Shown piece by piece: positions 48,793 to 63,087 of a stretch of DNA of 64,000 bases. The stretch covers positions 32,001-96,000 of the forward strand of contig CBDCXV010000001.1 of assembly GCA_965223905.1 (NCBI GenBank), read 5' to 3'. The translations under genes and the position numbers were made by a program. Source of the DNA: Candidatus Latescibacterota bacterium. Lineage in GTDB: Bacteria > Latescibacterota > UBA2968 > UBA8231. Under the pieces are notes generated by a model. That model was given only the letters and a program-made list of their open reading frames with translations. It was not told the DNA's origin and did no database searches. Within the stretch, counting starts at the first letter, position 1; each line of letters starts with the position of its first letter.

Positions 48793-51700
48793 GTGTCCCG
48801 CTTCGCCCTCCAGTCCCTCCTCTGCTTCCTCCTGCTCCTGGCCATTTCGGTCTTCGGCAGCCGGGTCCTCGAATCGGCCGGGCCCGCCGAGATCGACTTC
48901 GTCGGGCTCTCGCCGGCTTCCCTGACCTCGAAGACGCGCGCCCTCCTCAAGCGGCTCGACGGCAGAGTGACCCTCACCCTTTTCGTCTCGCCGCGGGAGC
49001 GCATGCCGTCGCACCTGAAAGAGGTCGAAGGGGACGTCCGCGCCCTGCTGTCGGCGTTCCGCTCGGCCGCCCCCGACCGCGTCGACACGCGGGTCGTCTA
49101 CCCGGAGCTGAGCGGGGACGCCGGGGCCGCGTACGCGGCGCGCCGCAAGGTCTCCCCCATCAGCGTGCGGCGCATCGAGAGGGACGAGCACGGCGAGGAG
49201 AAGGTCTGGTCCTCCCTGGTGCTGAGCTTCGAGAGCCACCCGGAGGTGCTCATCCAGGGGATCGAGGATACCGACCTGCCCTTCCTCGAGCAGTGGGTGC
49301 GCGCCCATCTGCAGACCCTGTTCGCCCCGCCGCAGGCGGATTTCGCCTTCTCCGCTCCGGCCAGCGGCGGGTTCGTCGAGTTTCCGCAGTTCCTCAGCCA
49401 GCACGGCCCGGTGGTGCAGGTCGACCTCGACCGCTCCCCCTACATCCCGCCCGACACCGACATGCTCTTCTGGTTCGCGCCGCAGCAGGTGACCGACCGG
49501 CACATACAGCAGCTCAAGAGGTTCGTCGCCTCGGGGCGGACCGCGGTCCTCGCCGGCAGCTCGTACGAGGCCACCTACCACGCCCGCGGCGACTCGGTGC
49601 TGTTCCGCATGGCCGATGGGCCCCGGGCCTGGAGCGACCTGCTGCGCCCCTTCGGCCTGCGGCCCATCCCCGATCTGCTGCTGGACCGCAACGCCGGCGC
49701 CCTGCCCGTGCGCCTCGCCGACGGTTCGGTCCGCGAAGTCGAGGCCCCCTTTCACCTGCGCAACCTGCCCGCGTTCCGCGACTTCCGGCGATTCCGCACC
49801 CCGGCCCGCGGCGGCCTGAGCTTCGTCGCCGCCAGCCCGCTTGCCGTAGACCCGGGCCGCGCCGCCCAGGCCGGGTACGAAGCCCAGGTGGTCGCCACCA
49901 CCACCGAGCACGCCTGGGTGCGCCCCCTCACCGGCGACCTGCTGTCGGGGGCCGACCTCGCCGCCTCCCTCACCGTACCGAAGCAGAACCTGATGGTGCT
50001 GCTGACCCCCGGCGATCCCTGGGCCGGCCGGCTCGTCGTCCTCGCTTCCGCCAGCGCCTTCCGCGACGGCATACTGCGCCAGCCGGGGTACGGCCACTCC
50101 GTCGTGATAGACGACCTGGTGCGCACCTTCGCCTCCCGCGACCGCCTGATCCGCGCCGAGGTCGACCGCGCGCAACCGGCCGAGCTGCCCCCCCTGACCG
50201 GCGCTTCCCGCCTGCTGTGGCGGCTGCTCGTGGCCGGTCTCGCCCCGGTGCTGATACTGGCGTACGGGTGGTGGCGTTTCCGGAGATCCGGCGACTTGTC
50301 CGGATTGCGCCTGCTGGCGCCGCTGCCCTGGGTGCGGGCCGGGGCCGCGGTCCTCCTCCTCGTCATCGCCCTGGCGACCGGGGTGGTTGCCCTCTTCTCC
50401 CGCATCGACGTCGACCTGACCGCAGGCGGCGTCAACACCCCTTCCGCGAGCGTCGTCGAGTCGCTGGCGCAAATACGGGACGAGCTGACCGTCGAGCTCG
50501 TTCTCTCGCCGCGGGCAAACCTGCCTGCGAGCCTGAAGACGCTGGAGCACCGGGTCGCCGAGCCGTTCGCCGAGGCCGGGGTGGAGGTGACCGTGGTGAG
50601 GCCGGAGGCATTGCCCCCGCCGGCGAGGAAGGACCTCGTGAAGGCGGGGATCGCCCCGTTCGAGGTGGAGCAGGTGCGCCGCGACACCGTGGTCTCCAAG
50701 AGCGTCTGGAGCGGGCTGCTGCTGCGCCGGGGCGACCGCGTCGCCGCGATCCCGCGGCTGGACGACCGCACCTCGATGCATCTCGACTTCCTGATCGCCG
50801 CGGCCCTCCGCCGCCTGGAGAGCGGCGAGCCCCCGCTGGTGTCGGTCGTCTCCGACCTGCCGCGGCTGTCTCCTGCCGAGGCCCTGGAGGACTACCAGAA
50901 GAAGGGGTTGAGCGCCCCGAGGGGGACCGACGTGTACAGCCACCTCAAGCGCATGCTCGCCGCCTACGGGTACCGCGTTCATCACGTAAACCCGCGCTAC
51001 CCGCAGCTGGCCCCGGACTCCGACGCCGTCCTGTGGCTGCAGCCGCGCCGCGATTCGGGCGAGGTCATCCTGCAGCTGAGCCGCCATCTCGCCGGCGGCG
51101 GCACCGCCATCGTCGCCATGCAGCACTTCAACATCCAGCCGCGCCAGTACCGGGGAACCGGCTTCGAGACCGTGTACTGGCCCCAGCCCCAGTTCCAGGA
51201 CCTCGACCGCTACCTGCGGCTGATCGGCGTCGAGCAGGTGCGCCAGGTGCTCATGGACCGCACGCGCCACCACCTGCGGCTCGACACCCAGGTCAACCGC
51301 ACCGCGGTGCGCGAGTACGACGCCCAGGAGGTCGCCCTGCCGTTCCTGATCCGCACCGTCGGCGAGCGCTACGACCCCGCCTCGCCGATAACGCGGGACC
51401 TCGGCGACCTGCTGTTCATCTGGGGAAACAGCTTCGACCTCGGCGGGCTTCCGGAGTCGTTCGCGAGCCAGGTGCTGATCGGCACCTCGCCGCAGTCCTG
51501 GAGCTATCCGTGGAAGGGGGGTTGGCTGCCTCCGGAGTCGCTGTCCCAGCCGCAGGAGGTGTCGGGGCCGCAGCCGCTGGCCGTCGACCTGCGCGGCGAG
51601 TTCCCCGAGGCGCACTTCGTGGAAGACGAGGAGGGACGCAGCAACCTCGAGCCGCTGCCGGCTCCCGGACGCCGCGGCCGCCTGGTGCTGGTCGGCTGTT

Positions 51701-51972
51701 CGGAGATGTTCAAGAACGAACACCTGCAGATGCCCGGCTTCGACCACGACCAGCTGCTCCTCAACCTTCTCGCCGACGCCGTCTACGGTCCCGGCATGAC
51801 CCGGCTGCAGGCGCGCACCCGCCAGGCGCGCGGCTTCGCCTACCACGACCCCGCCGGCAGGGCGGTCTGGCGCCTCCTCGTCATCGTCGCAGCTCCGCTC
51901 GCCCTAGGCGCCGTCGCCCTGGTCCGCTATCGCCGGCGCTCCCATCCCGGCGCTGCCGGGGGGCCGTCGTGA
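48793..51972 (+). CDS. GldG-family auxiliary protein with two tandem GldG units
   Basis: Two TM-flanked units, each with a DUF7088-like start (LS..T..LL..L / DLTAGGVNT.S......L), WS(S/G)L and GRLV(V/L) motifs. Confidence 0.8.
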   Translation: MSRFALQSLLCFLLLLAISVFGSRVLESAGPAEIDFVGLSPASLTSKTRALLKRLDGRVTLTLFVSPRERMPSHLKEVEGDVRALLSAFRSAAPDRVDTRVVYPELSGDAGAAYAARRKVSPISVRRIERDEHGEEKVWSSLVLSFESHPEVLIQGIEDTDLPFLEQWVRAHLQTLFAPPQADFAFSAPASGGFVEFPQFLSQHGPVVQVDLDRSPYIPPDTDMLFWFAPQQVTDRHIQQLKRFVASGRTAVLAGSSYEATYHARGDSVLFRMADGPRAWSDLLRPFGLRPIPDLLLDRNAGALPVRLADGSVREVEAPFHLRNLPAFRDFRRFRTPARGGLSFVAASPLAVDPGRAAQAGYEAQVVATTTEHAWVRPLTGDLLSGADLAASLTVPKQNLMVLLTPGDPWAGRLVVLASASAFRDGILRQPGYGHSVVIDDLVRTFASRDRLIRAEVDRAQPAELPPLTGASRLLWRLLVAGLAPVLILAYGWWRFRRSGDLSGLRLLAPLPWVRAGAAVLLLVIALATGVVALFSRIDVDLTAGGVNTPSASVVESLAQIRDELTVELVLSPRANLPASLKTLEHRVAEPFAEAGVEVTVVRPEALPPPARKDLVKAGIAPFEVEQVRRDTVVSKSVWSGLLLRRGDRVAAIPRLDDRTSMHLDFLIAAALRRLESGEPPLVSVVSDLPRLSPAEALEDYQKKGLSAPRGTDVYSHLKRMLAAYGYRVHHVNPRYPQLAPDSDAVLWLQPRRDSGEVILQLSRHLAGGGTAIVAMQHFNIQPRQYRGTGFETVYWPQPQFQDLDRYLRLIGVEQVRQVLMDRTRHHLRLDTQVNRTAVREYDAQEVALPFLIRTVGERYDPASPITRDLGDLLFIWGNSFDLGGLPESFASQVLIGTSPQSWSYPWKGGWLPPESLSQPQEVSGPQPLAVDLRGEFPEAHFVEDEEGRSNLEPLPAPGRRGRLVLVGCSEMFKNEHLQMPGFDHDQLLLNLLADAVYGPGMTRLQARTRQARGFAYHDPAGRAVWRLLVIVAAPLALGAVALVRYRRRSHPGAAGGPS

Positions 51973-52997
51973 CCCGGCTTCTGCCCATCCTCGGCGCCGT
52001 CCTCGCCGTGCTGATCGGCGCCGATCTCTGGATCGACCAGCACCAGAAGGAGATGCGCCTCGAAGCCGGAACCTTGCTGCCGCTGTTCGACCCGGCGGAC
52101 GAAGTCGTGCCGGAGCGCATCCGCCGCATCGAGGTGCGGGCCCCGGGAGGCCGCCACCTCTGGGTCTACGAGAAGCAAGGCAGGATCTGGCGCTACCCGT
52201 CGTACCATGGCGCCTACGTGCAGGAGGACCGCGTCGACTTCCTGCTGCGGAGCCTGCTGGAGACCTACGGGACCGTCGTCTCGGGAGACGACCGCGACTA
52301 CGGGTTGCTGCCGCAACAGGCGGTCGAGGTGCTTCTCGCGGAGGACTCGGGAGTGCTGGCCGACGTGCTGGTTGGCCGCGGGGCTCCGGGCCGGCGCACG
52401 GGGGAAGCCTACGTGCGCCGCAACCGCGACGGCGCCCGTATACGGCACCTGCACGCCAACCCCCGCCACGCCCTGGCCGGCGGCAATCCCCCGATGCTCG
52501 ACCCGTTTCTTTTTCCCAAGGTGCTCGAGCGAAACACCATCGTGCAGATCGATTTCGCCAGCGAAAAACCGGCGCCCCGGCAGCTGCGACGGGTGCCGCG
52601 GCCGCCCCCGGCGGAAGGTCCGTACCTGCCGCGGCCCGGGGAGTACGCCTACGACTGGGTGGCGACCTTCGACAGCGGCACCGACACCTGTCTCACTGCC
52701 AATCTCTTCGCCTACACGGCGTTCCTGAAGGAGCTCCGCTTCGAGAGCCTGCGCGACCCGCGGGCGGGCGGCTACGGATTTTCCGACGGCGAGCGCATCG
52801 AGCTGACCGACGAGGACGGGACCGTCGACGTCCTGCACCTAGGCCGCAGGGAAGGGGACCTGGTGTTCGTGCGCAACGAGGCGGCCGGTCTCGTCTGCGC
52901 CGTCGACTCCGGCAGCGCCGGGCTGCTGTTTCCCGGCCGTAGCGCCCTCACCGACACCCTGCCCGAGCCCTCGCCGTACCGGCTGGCGCGGCAATGA
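51969..52997 (+). CDS. DUF4340-like membrane-anchored protein
   Basis: GTG start overlapping the gldG stop, N-terminal TM, DYGL, AYVR; usual fourth gene of Gld-type operons. Confidence 0.7.
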   Translation: MTRLLPILGAVLAVLIGADLWIDQHQKEMRLEAGTLLPLFDPADEVVPERIRRIEVRAPGGRHLWVYEKQGRIWRYPSYHGAYVQEDRVDFLLRSLLETYGTVVSGDDRDYGLLPQQAVEVLLAEDSGVLADVLVGRGAPGRRTGEAYVRRNRDGARIRHLHANPRHALAGGNPPMLDPFLFPKVLERNTIVQIDFASEKPAPRQLRRVPRPPPAEGPYLPRPGEYAYDWVATFDSGTDTCLTANLFAYTAFLKELRFESLRDPRAGGYGFSDGERIELTDEDGTVDVLHLGRREGDLVFVRNEAAGLVCAVDSGSAGLLFPGRSALTDTLPEPSPYRLARQ

Positions 52998-53029
52998 AAA
53001 AAGCGCCCCCGGGAAACCCCGGGAGCGCT
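52997..53029 (-). terminator. Rho-independent terminator of the gltBD transcript (possibly bidirectional)
   Basis: Minus strand AGCGCTCCCGGG-GTTT-CCCGGGGGCGCT-TTTTT (12-bp stem with one G-U pair, then a U-tract). Confidence 0.8.
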
Positions 53030-53131
53030 CCGTATCACAGCTCTGGCTTTGTCTTGATGGCTATGCGGTAAGTAAGTCTGCGAACGAGGCGCCCCGGCGA
53101 CAGAATTCACCCGGGTTTCGCCGGGCAGGCA

Positions 53132-54622
53132 CTAAGGCAGCGAGGTCGTCCCCATCAGGTAGCGGTCGCACTCGCGGGCGGCGCCTCGTCCCTCGTTGAT
53201 CGCCCACACGACGAGGCTCTGCCCCCGTCTCATGTCGCCGGCGGCGAACACCCCCTCGACGCTGGTGGCGAAGCGGTCGTGCCCGGCCCTGGCGTTGGAA
53301 CGCTCGTCGCGCTCGACGTTGAGCTGATCGAGCACCGGGTCCTCCGGTCCGAGGAACCCCATCGCCAGCAGCACGAGATCGGCCGGCCACACCTTTTCGG
53401 TCCCGGGGACCGGCTGCGGCGCCATGTGGCCGCCGGCTCCCGGCGCCCATTCGATCCCCACCGTGTGCAGCTCCCTGACGTTGCCTTCGCCGTCGCCGAC
53501 GAACCTCGTGGTGTTGATCAGGTAGGTGCGCGGGTCCTCGCCGAAGCGGGCGGCCGCCTCTTCCTGGCCGTAGTCGAGCAGGTAGACGTTCGGCCACTCG
53601 GGCCAGGGATTGTCCGGGGCGCGCTCGTCGGGCGGCCGCGGCATGATTTCGAACTGCGTCAGGCTCCTGCAGCCGTGGCGCATCGAGGTGCCGACGCAGT
53701 CGGTGCCGGTGTCGCCGCCGCCGATGACGATGACGTGCTTGTCCCTTGCGGAGATGTAGTTGCCGTCGGCGTGGCCGGAGTCCATCAGGCTCTTCGTGTT
53801 CGCCGTCAGGAACTCCATGGCGAAGTGGACGCCGTTGAGCTCGCGCCCCTCTACCGGCATGTCGCGCCCCTTGGTCGCCCCACCGCACAGGACCACGGCG
53901 TCGAACTCCTCGATCAGCCGCGGCGCCGGGATGTCCCTGCCGATCTCGGTGTTGGTGACGAACTCGACCCCCTCGGCCTCCATCAGCTGCAGCCGCCGCG
54001 TCACCACCGCCTTGTCGAGCTTCATGTTCGGGATGCCGTACATCAGCAGGCCGCCGATGCGGTCGGCGCGCTCGTACACGGTGACCCAGTGTCCGGCGCG
54101 GTTCAGCTGCGCGGCGCAGGCGAGGCCCGCGGGCCCGGATCCGACGACGGCGACCCGCCTGCCGGTTCGTTTCTCCGGCGGCTCGGGGAGCACCGTGCCG
54201 GCGGCGAAGCCGTGGTCGACGATGGCGGCCTCGATGTTCTTGATCGTCACCGGGGGCTCGTTTATGCCGAGCACGCAGGCCCCTTCGCAGGGAGCGGGGC
54301 AGACGCGCCCGGTGAACTCGGGGAAGTTGTTGGTCTTGTGCAGCCGCTCCAGCGCGTCTTCCCAGAGGCCGCGGTAGACCAGGTCGTTCCACTCCGGGAT
54401 CAGGTTGTTGATCGGACAGCCCGACCCCTTGTCGCTGCGGCTCATCGACGCCCCGGTGTGGCAGAACGGGACGCCGCAGTCCATGCAGCGCGAACCCTGG
54501 TCCCGCAGCTTCTCCACCCCCATGTGAAGGTGGAACTCGTCCCAGTCCTTCACCCTTTCGAGCGGAAATCGATCCCGCGGCAGCTCCCGCTCGATCTCCA
54601 TGAATCCGGTCGGTTTGCCCAT
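53132..54622 (-). CDS. gltD: Glutamate synthase small subunit
   Basis: [47 protein letters not shown]. Confidence 0.97.
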   Translation of the reverse strand: MGKPTGFMEIERELPRDRFPLERVKDWDEFHLHMGVEKLRDQGSRCMDCGVPFCHTGASMSRSDKGSGCPINNLIPEWNDLVYRGLWEDALERLHKTNNFPEFTGRVCPAPCEGACVLGINEPPVTIKNIEAAIVDHGFAAGTVLPEPPEKRTGRRVAVVGSGPAGLACAAQLNRAGHWVTVYERADRIGGLLMYGIPNMKLDKAVVTRRLQLMEAEGVEFVTNTEIGRDIPAPRLIEEFDAVVLCGGATKGRDMPVEGRELNGVHFAMEFLTANTKSLMDSGHADGNYISARDKHVIVIGGGDTGTDCVGTSMRHGCRSLTQFEIMPRPPDERAPDNPWPEWPNVYLLDYGQEEAAARFGEDPRTYLINTTRFVGDGEGNVRELHTVGIEWAPGAGGHMAPQPVPGTEKVWPADLVLLAMGFLGPEDPVLDQLNVERDERSNARAGHDRFATSVEGVFAAGDMRRGQSLVVWAINEGRGAARECDRYLMGTTSLP

Positions 54623-54767
54623 TACTTCAACCTGCCACGGTGTTGCTTGCTGATCGGCGCTCGCCGAGCGGGAGCGAGCCTTCCAACCACACGGGAGCCA
54701 AAACAAAGTTTTCGCGACTCGCGCGCTTGCGTACGCGCAGGCTCGAGGGCGCTGCAGAGCGCGCGGC

Positions 54768-54797
54768 GATCTCCATGGATCCGGTCGGTTTACCCAT
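54768..54797 (-). repeat. Second copy of the first 30 nt of gltD
   Basis: ATGGGTAAACCGACCGGATCCATGGAGATC versus gltD ATGGGCAAACCGACCGGATTCATGGAGATC (54622-54593): 28/30 identical. Confidence 0.85.
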
Positions 54798-55095
54798 TCG
54801 GTTTCCCGCAAGCGCTTAGAGGTAGGTCACTGAGCACCTCCCTGTTGGAAGCGTTTGTCTGAGGACTGATGTCCGTACTTTCAATCATTTTTCGAGATTT
54901 TCTAATGTCACTATTGCTCGGATTCCTGCAGCGGACAGTCACTGTTGACACAAAATCTCCGGATCAATCTGAAAAATGGCCCTCTGCATTGAGATCCCGT
55001 GAAACTACTCGCTACAACTTATGTTGCCCTCGGCCATTTTCTCTTCCACAATTTCCACTTGTTGAAGAATGTTCACGCCAATGTATCCCTATTCT

Positions 55096-56169
55096 TTACT
55101 TTAGCGTAGAGGTGGGCTCCCAAGTGAACTCAACATCCGGGCTCTGATCTTGAAGAATCTTCATCGCTGCGGCCCAGGACTGACCCCACTGATTACTGAA
55201 GACGTACGTCTTTCCTTCGTGGATAAATAGATCTCCTTCGCTGGTATGCCAACGTCGATCGTCGTATCGCCTACCATTCGTTTCTGCGTCGGCAGTTGCC
55301 AATCGATGAAACTCGTTCCTGTCTTGAGTTTCCCCCTCGATCCCAAACCAAACCCTGCTACCCTTCACTGGTGCCAGCATCTCCGCGATGGCATTCGGCG
55401 TTTTCCCACTTTCATTGAGGTATTTGACTACGAGCAGAATCGCGTTTCGTTTCCATTGAGACCGATAGACGGTCCCGTCAATGGTCACATCAAACCTCGT
55501 GAAGTCCGCGTTCGACTTCAGAGTCTGTCTCTCCTGCCTCTTCTTCTCCCGAACCTGGATCTGGTAATCAGCTGCCTCGGGCAATGGAACCACCTGTTGA
55601 ACATCAATAAAAACATGCCCATCATACGCATATGATTGGATCCGAACGCACCTGATATCGAGATCCTTCTCGTTCAGCCAAATCACAGAACTAGTTAATT
55701 CCCGTGAGAAATCTGCAGATACAAGAACAATTCGGACGTCTTGGGCAAATCTGTCCTCGTCAAGATTCTCCCATTCCAGGAATTCCAAAAGCAAAGTCTC
55801 CGGGTCACCGTCTTTTCCCCTTCGCCGAAGGTAGTTCCCGAATATCTCTATGGAGTTCGCGGCAGTTAGCGTAGAAACCATCGCTGCGTAGCGGAGCGCC
55901 TGAAGCTCCATGTGTCCACCATCTGGAGTTCGCTTCAACTCAACAACAACCAGATTGGCATCTCGGTCCACGCCAAGCAGGTCGATTCTCCTGCGCGATT
56001 CCTCCCAATCCCCGAACTCCTCTGCGATTATCAGGACATCTTGCGCCACAACCTCGATTTGGTGGCGAAGAAGCCTTTGAAGATCTCTACGCTCGTGGAG
56101 TTGGACCTCGCTAAAGGTTGTTGGCTCGATTGCCTCTATCTTGTCTTTTGTGAGTTCGAATATGGCCAC
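55096..56169 (-). CDS. NucS/RecB-like PD-(D/E)XK nuclease-domain protein
   Basis: ERRDLQ, IIAEEF, RRRIDLLGVD...LVVVELKR, QALRYAA; AT-richer than gltB/gltD. Confidence 0.82.
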   Translation of the reverse strand: MAIFELTKDKIEAIEPTTFSEVQLHERRDLQRLLRHQIEVVAQDVLIIAEEFGDWEESRRRIDLLGVDRDANLVVVELKRTPDGGHMELQALRYAAMVSTLTAANSIEIFGNYLRRRGKDGDPETLLLEFLEWENLDEDRFAQDVRIVLVSADFSRELTSSVIWLNEKDLDIRCVRIQSYAYDGHVFIDVQQVVPLPEAADYQIQVREKKRQERQTLKSNADFTRFDVTIDGTVYRSQWKRNAILLVVKYLNESGKTPNAIAEMLAPVKGSRVWFGIEGETQDRNEFHRLATADAETNGRRYDDRRWHTSEGDLFIHEGKTYVFSNQWGQSWAAAMKILQDQSPDVEFTWEPTSTLK

Positions 56170-56219
56170 TCTTCTCCTCGCTTCTCACCAAAAGAGCAAA
56201 ATGCATGTCCGCTGATTTT

Positions 56220-60821
<4,602 letters not shown>

Positions 60822-60860
60822 CGATCGGGAGATCCGAATTTCGGTTCAGGGGAAGGGGTA

Positions 60861-60902
60861 AATATAGTGCGCCGAATCTTCATGTCAAACAAATTATTGA
60901 CA
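60861..60902 (-). promoter_or_regulatory. Candidate sigma70 promoter of gltB overlapped by a TGTCAA-N8-TTGACA palindrome
   Basis: Minus strand TTGACA(60888-83)-N16-TATATT(60866-61). The palindrome arms are at 60883-60888 and 60897-60902 in the AT-rich divergent intergenic region. Confidence 0.55.
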
Positions 60903-61026
60903 CCTGATTACTGTTTGCGGCCAGGAAACATTCTTTATATGCATTAATTTGACCATTTATTGACATTTTATCTTATATTTCGCCCGATTCAGGCCATCGA
61001 CGATCCAACCGTGCGAGACTTCGACC

Positions 61027-61602
61027 ATGCGTGACCTCGATCAGCAGGAGAAAACCATCGCCCGCGCCCTCATCCGCAACCCGCGGCGTTCGGACAACCG
61101 CATCAGCGCCACGACCGGGATTCCGGTGCGCACCGTGAGCCGCAAACGCCAGCGTTTGGAACAGGAAGGTATTCTGAAGTACTACACCGCCGTGGAGATG
61201 CAGGGGAACGGCACCTCGCGCTTCACCACCCAGCACATGATCATCATCAAGTTCACCCTCGGCGTGACCCGCAGCCAGATCGTCGAGGAGATCCGCAGCG
61301 AGCCCAACGTCGCCAACGTCTTCAGCGAGCTGATACGCGACAGCTTCATTGCCGAGACCGACGGACAGGTGGCGCTGGTGATGATCGTCGAAGGAGAATC
61401 GGACAGCGACGTCGCCGACAGCCTGCAGGGGAAGATCATCCCCTCGCTCCAGAAGAACCACGGCAGGGACTCGATCGACGAGCTGCGCACCATTCGCCTG
61501 CTAGGCACCATCCGCCGCGAGCACAACTACCTTCCGATGGTCAACATGAGCGCCGCCGTGCTCGACGACGACTGGCCTGACGAGGCGATCTTCGTCGGTT
61601 AG
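61027..61602 (+). CDS. Lrp/AsnC-type transcriptional regulator
   Basis: LDQQEKTIARALIRNPRRSDNRIS..TGIP.RTV.RK..RLEQEGIL winged HTH; divergent from gltB. Confidence 0.8.
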   Translation: MRDLDQQEKTIARALIRNPRRSDNRISATTGIPVRTVSRKRQRLEQEGILKYYTAVEMQGNGTSRFTTQHMIIIKFTLGVTRSQIVEEIRSEPNVANVFSELIRDSFIAETDGQVALVMIVEGESDSDVADSLQGKIIPSLQKNHGRDSIDELRTIRLLGTIRREHNYLPMVNMSAAVLDDDWPDEAIFVG

Positions 61603-61890
61603 ACCCTGGGGCATTCAGGAGGCGGATTCTGGGGGGAACATCGCTTCCTTTTCCATCCCTCCGACGTTACTCGGCCACCCCTTGCGAGCCGGCAGCCTCC
61701 GGGTGAATTGCCCTTCCCGCCGGGATTTGCCTGGTTGTCCCATGACTGAAATAACTCCTTGACATGCCCCCCTTTTTTGCGGCACGTTGCACTCAGTCTG
61801 GTCACCACCGGCAACGGGCGGGGACGAGGTTAGATGGTCGGTGAAGCGATGCCGGGGTGATTCCTCTCACTGCAAGGCGGTTTGGAAGGT

Positions 61891-62511
61891 ATGACCTCCC
61901 GCAAGCCTGCAGTACTGATCTCCTGCGGTCTGATCCTGGGCCTGACCGGCGGAGTCGCCGTTCTCCTCCACCTCAACTCCCAAGCCCGCGCCCGCCACTT
62001 CGATCCCGCGCTCCCGGCGCTCCCCTCCGCGACACAGCTTCTGGCCGCCACCCGGCAGTTCGACCCTTCCCTCGCTTCCATCGACCTCCAGTTGCTCCAC
62101 GAGGCCCGGCCGCTGCCCCGCTCCGGTCTGCTGCAGCTTTACCGGGTCTCCGACAAGGGCCGGCCGGTCTACGACCTGGCGCTGGTGCGCCACGACATCG
62201 CCTGCGGCACCTGCCGCGACCTGCTGGCCGCCGTCTACCTGGACGCCTTGACCCAAGAGGTCGCCGGGGTGGCCCCCCTGGAAGCCTGGGAGAAGGAGGG
62301 CGGCTCCTTCGCTCCGGACGCCTTCCTGGCGCAGCTGAAAGGGACTTCCCTGGGCGATTCGCTGCAGGTCGGCCAGGACCTGGACGGCATCAGCGGGGCG
62401 ACGCTGACGGTCGGCGCCATGCTGACCGAGCTGCGCGGGCTGCGTTTCTGGTTCACCTCGAGAACGGCAACCCGAGGCATGACACGAACGGATTACATGC
62501 CCGCAACCTGA
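61891..62511 (+). CDS. Membrane-anchored FMN-binding (flavinylation motif) protein
   Basis: N-terminal TM, CGTC, and DGISGATLT (FMN_bind [S/T]GA[S/T] motif). The extreme C-terminus may be altered by a deletion junction. Confidence 0.7.
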   Translation: MTSRKPAVLISCGLILGLTGGVAVLLHLNSQARARHFDPALPALPSATQLLAATRQFDPSLASIDLQLLHEARPLPRSGLLQLYRVSDKGRPVYDLALVRHDIACGTCRDLLAAVYLDALTQEVAGVAPLEAWEKEGGSFAPDAFLAQLKGTSLGDSLQVGQDLDGISGATLTVGAMLTELRGLRFWFTSRTATRGMTRTDYMPAT

Positions 62512-62927
62512 GCAACCACGAAAGCTTCGACATGCGCCCGTCGTGGTCTCCTGACGGATCCTGGATAGCCTTCCAGAGTACCCGCTACGGCGAAAGCGAA
62601 ATCTGTATTGTCAACGCCGACGGCGGCGAAGTGGTGAATGTCAGTAATCATCCTGCTCGCGACGAAGCGCCTTCGTGGTCTCCTGACGGTTTGGAGATCG
62701 CTTTCGCATCGAACCGAAGCGGTAGTTCTGACATCTACCGTATCGCCGCTGATGGATCGGCTGTGAACAAGGTCACGCAGGGTCCGGCCAACGACAGGGA
62801 GCCGGCGTGGTCTCCTGACGGAAGAAGTATCTGCTTCGTCTCCAACAGACGCGAGACCGTCTTGGAAGCGTTCTCCCAGTGGATAGCGCGCCCTGTTGAG
62901 GGGGCCATTAGAGCCATAGAGCCTTGA
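62480..62927 (+). pseudogene. 3' fragment of a TolB-like PD40-repeat protein
   Basis: Three P(S/A)WSPDG..I.F.S.R repeats with no own start or RBS, in a different frame from the FMN-binding gene. Confidence 0.7.
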
Positions 62928-63087
62928 GCTGAATCCGCAAGAACGACAGTCCGGGTGGGTCGACCGGTCAGTCGCTCATAGGAAGAATGTCGCAAGGGTC
63001 AGAAAATGAACCCATGTGGATCGCAACGCTGGTGATGCCGACCGGTTCAAGATACCGGGACCGCCCCTCTGGCAGGAGGATTACAGG

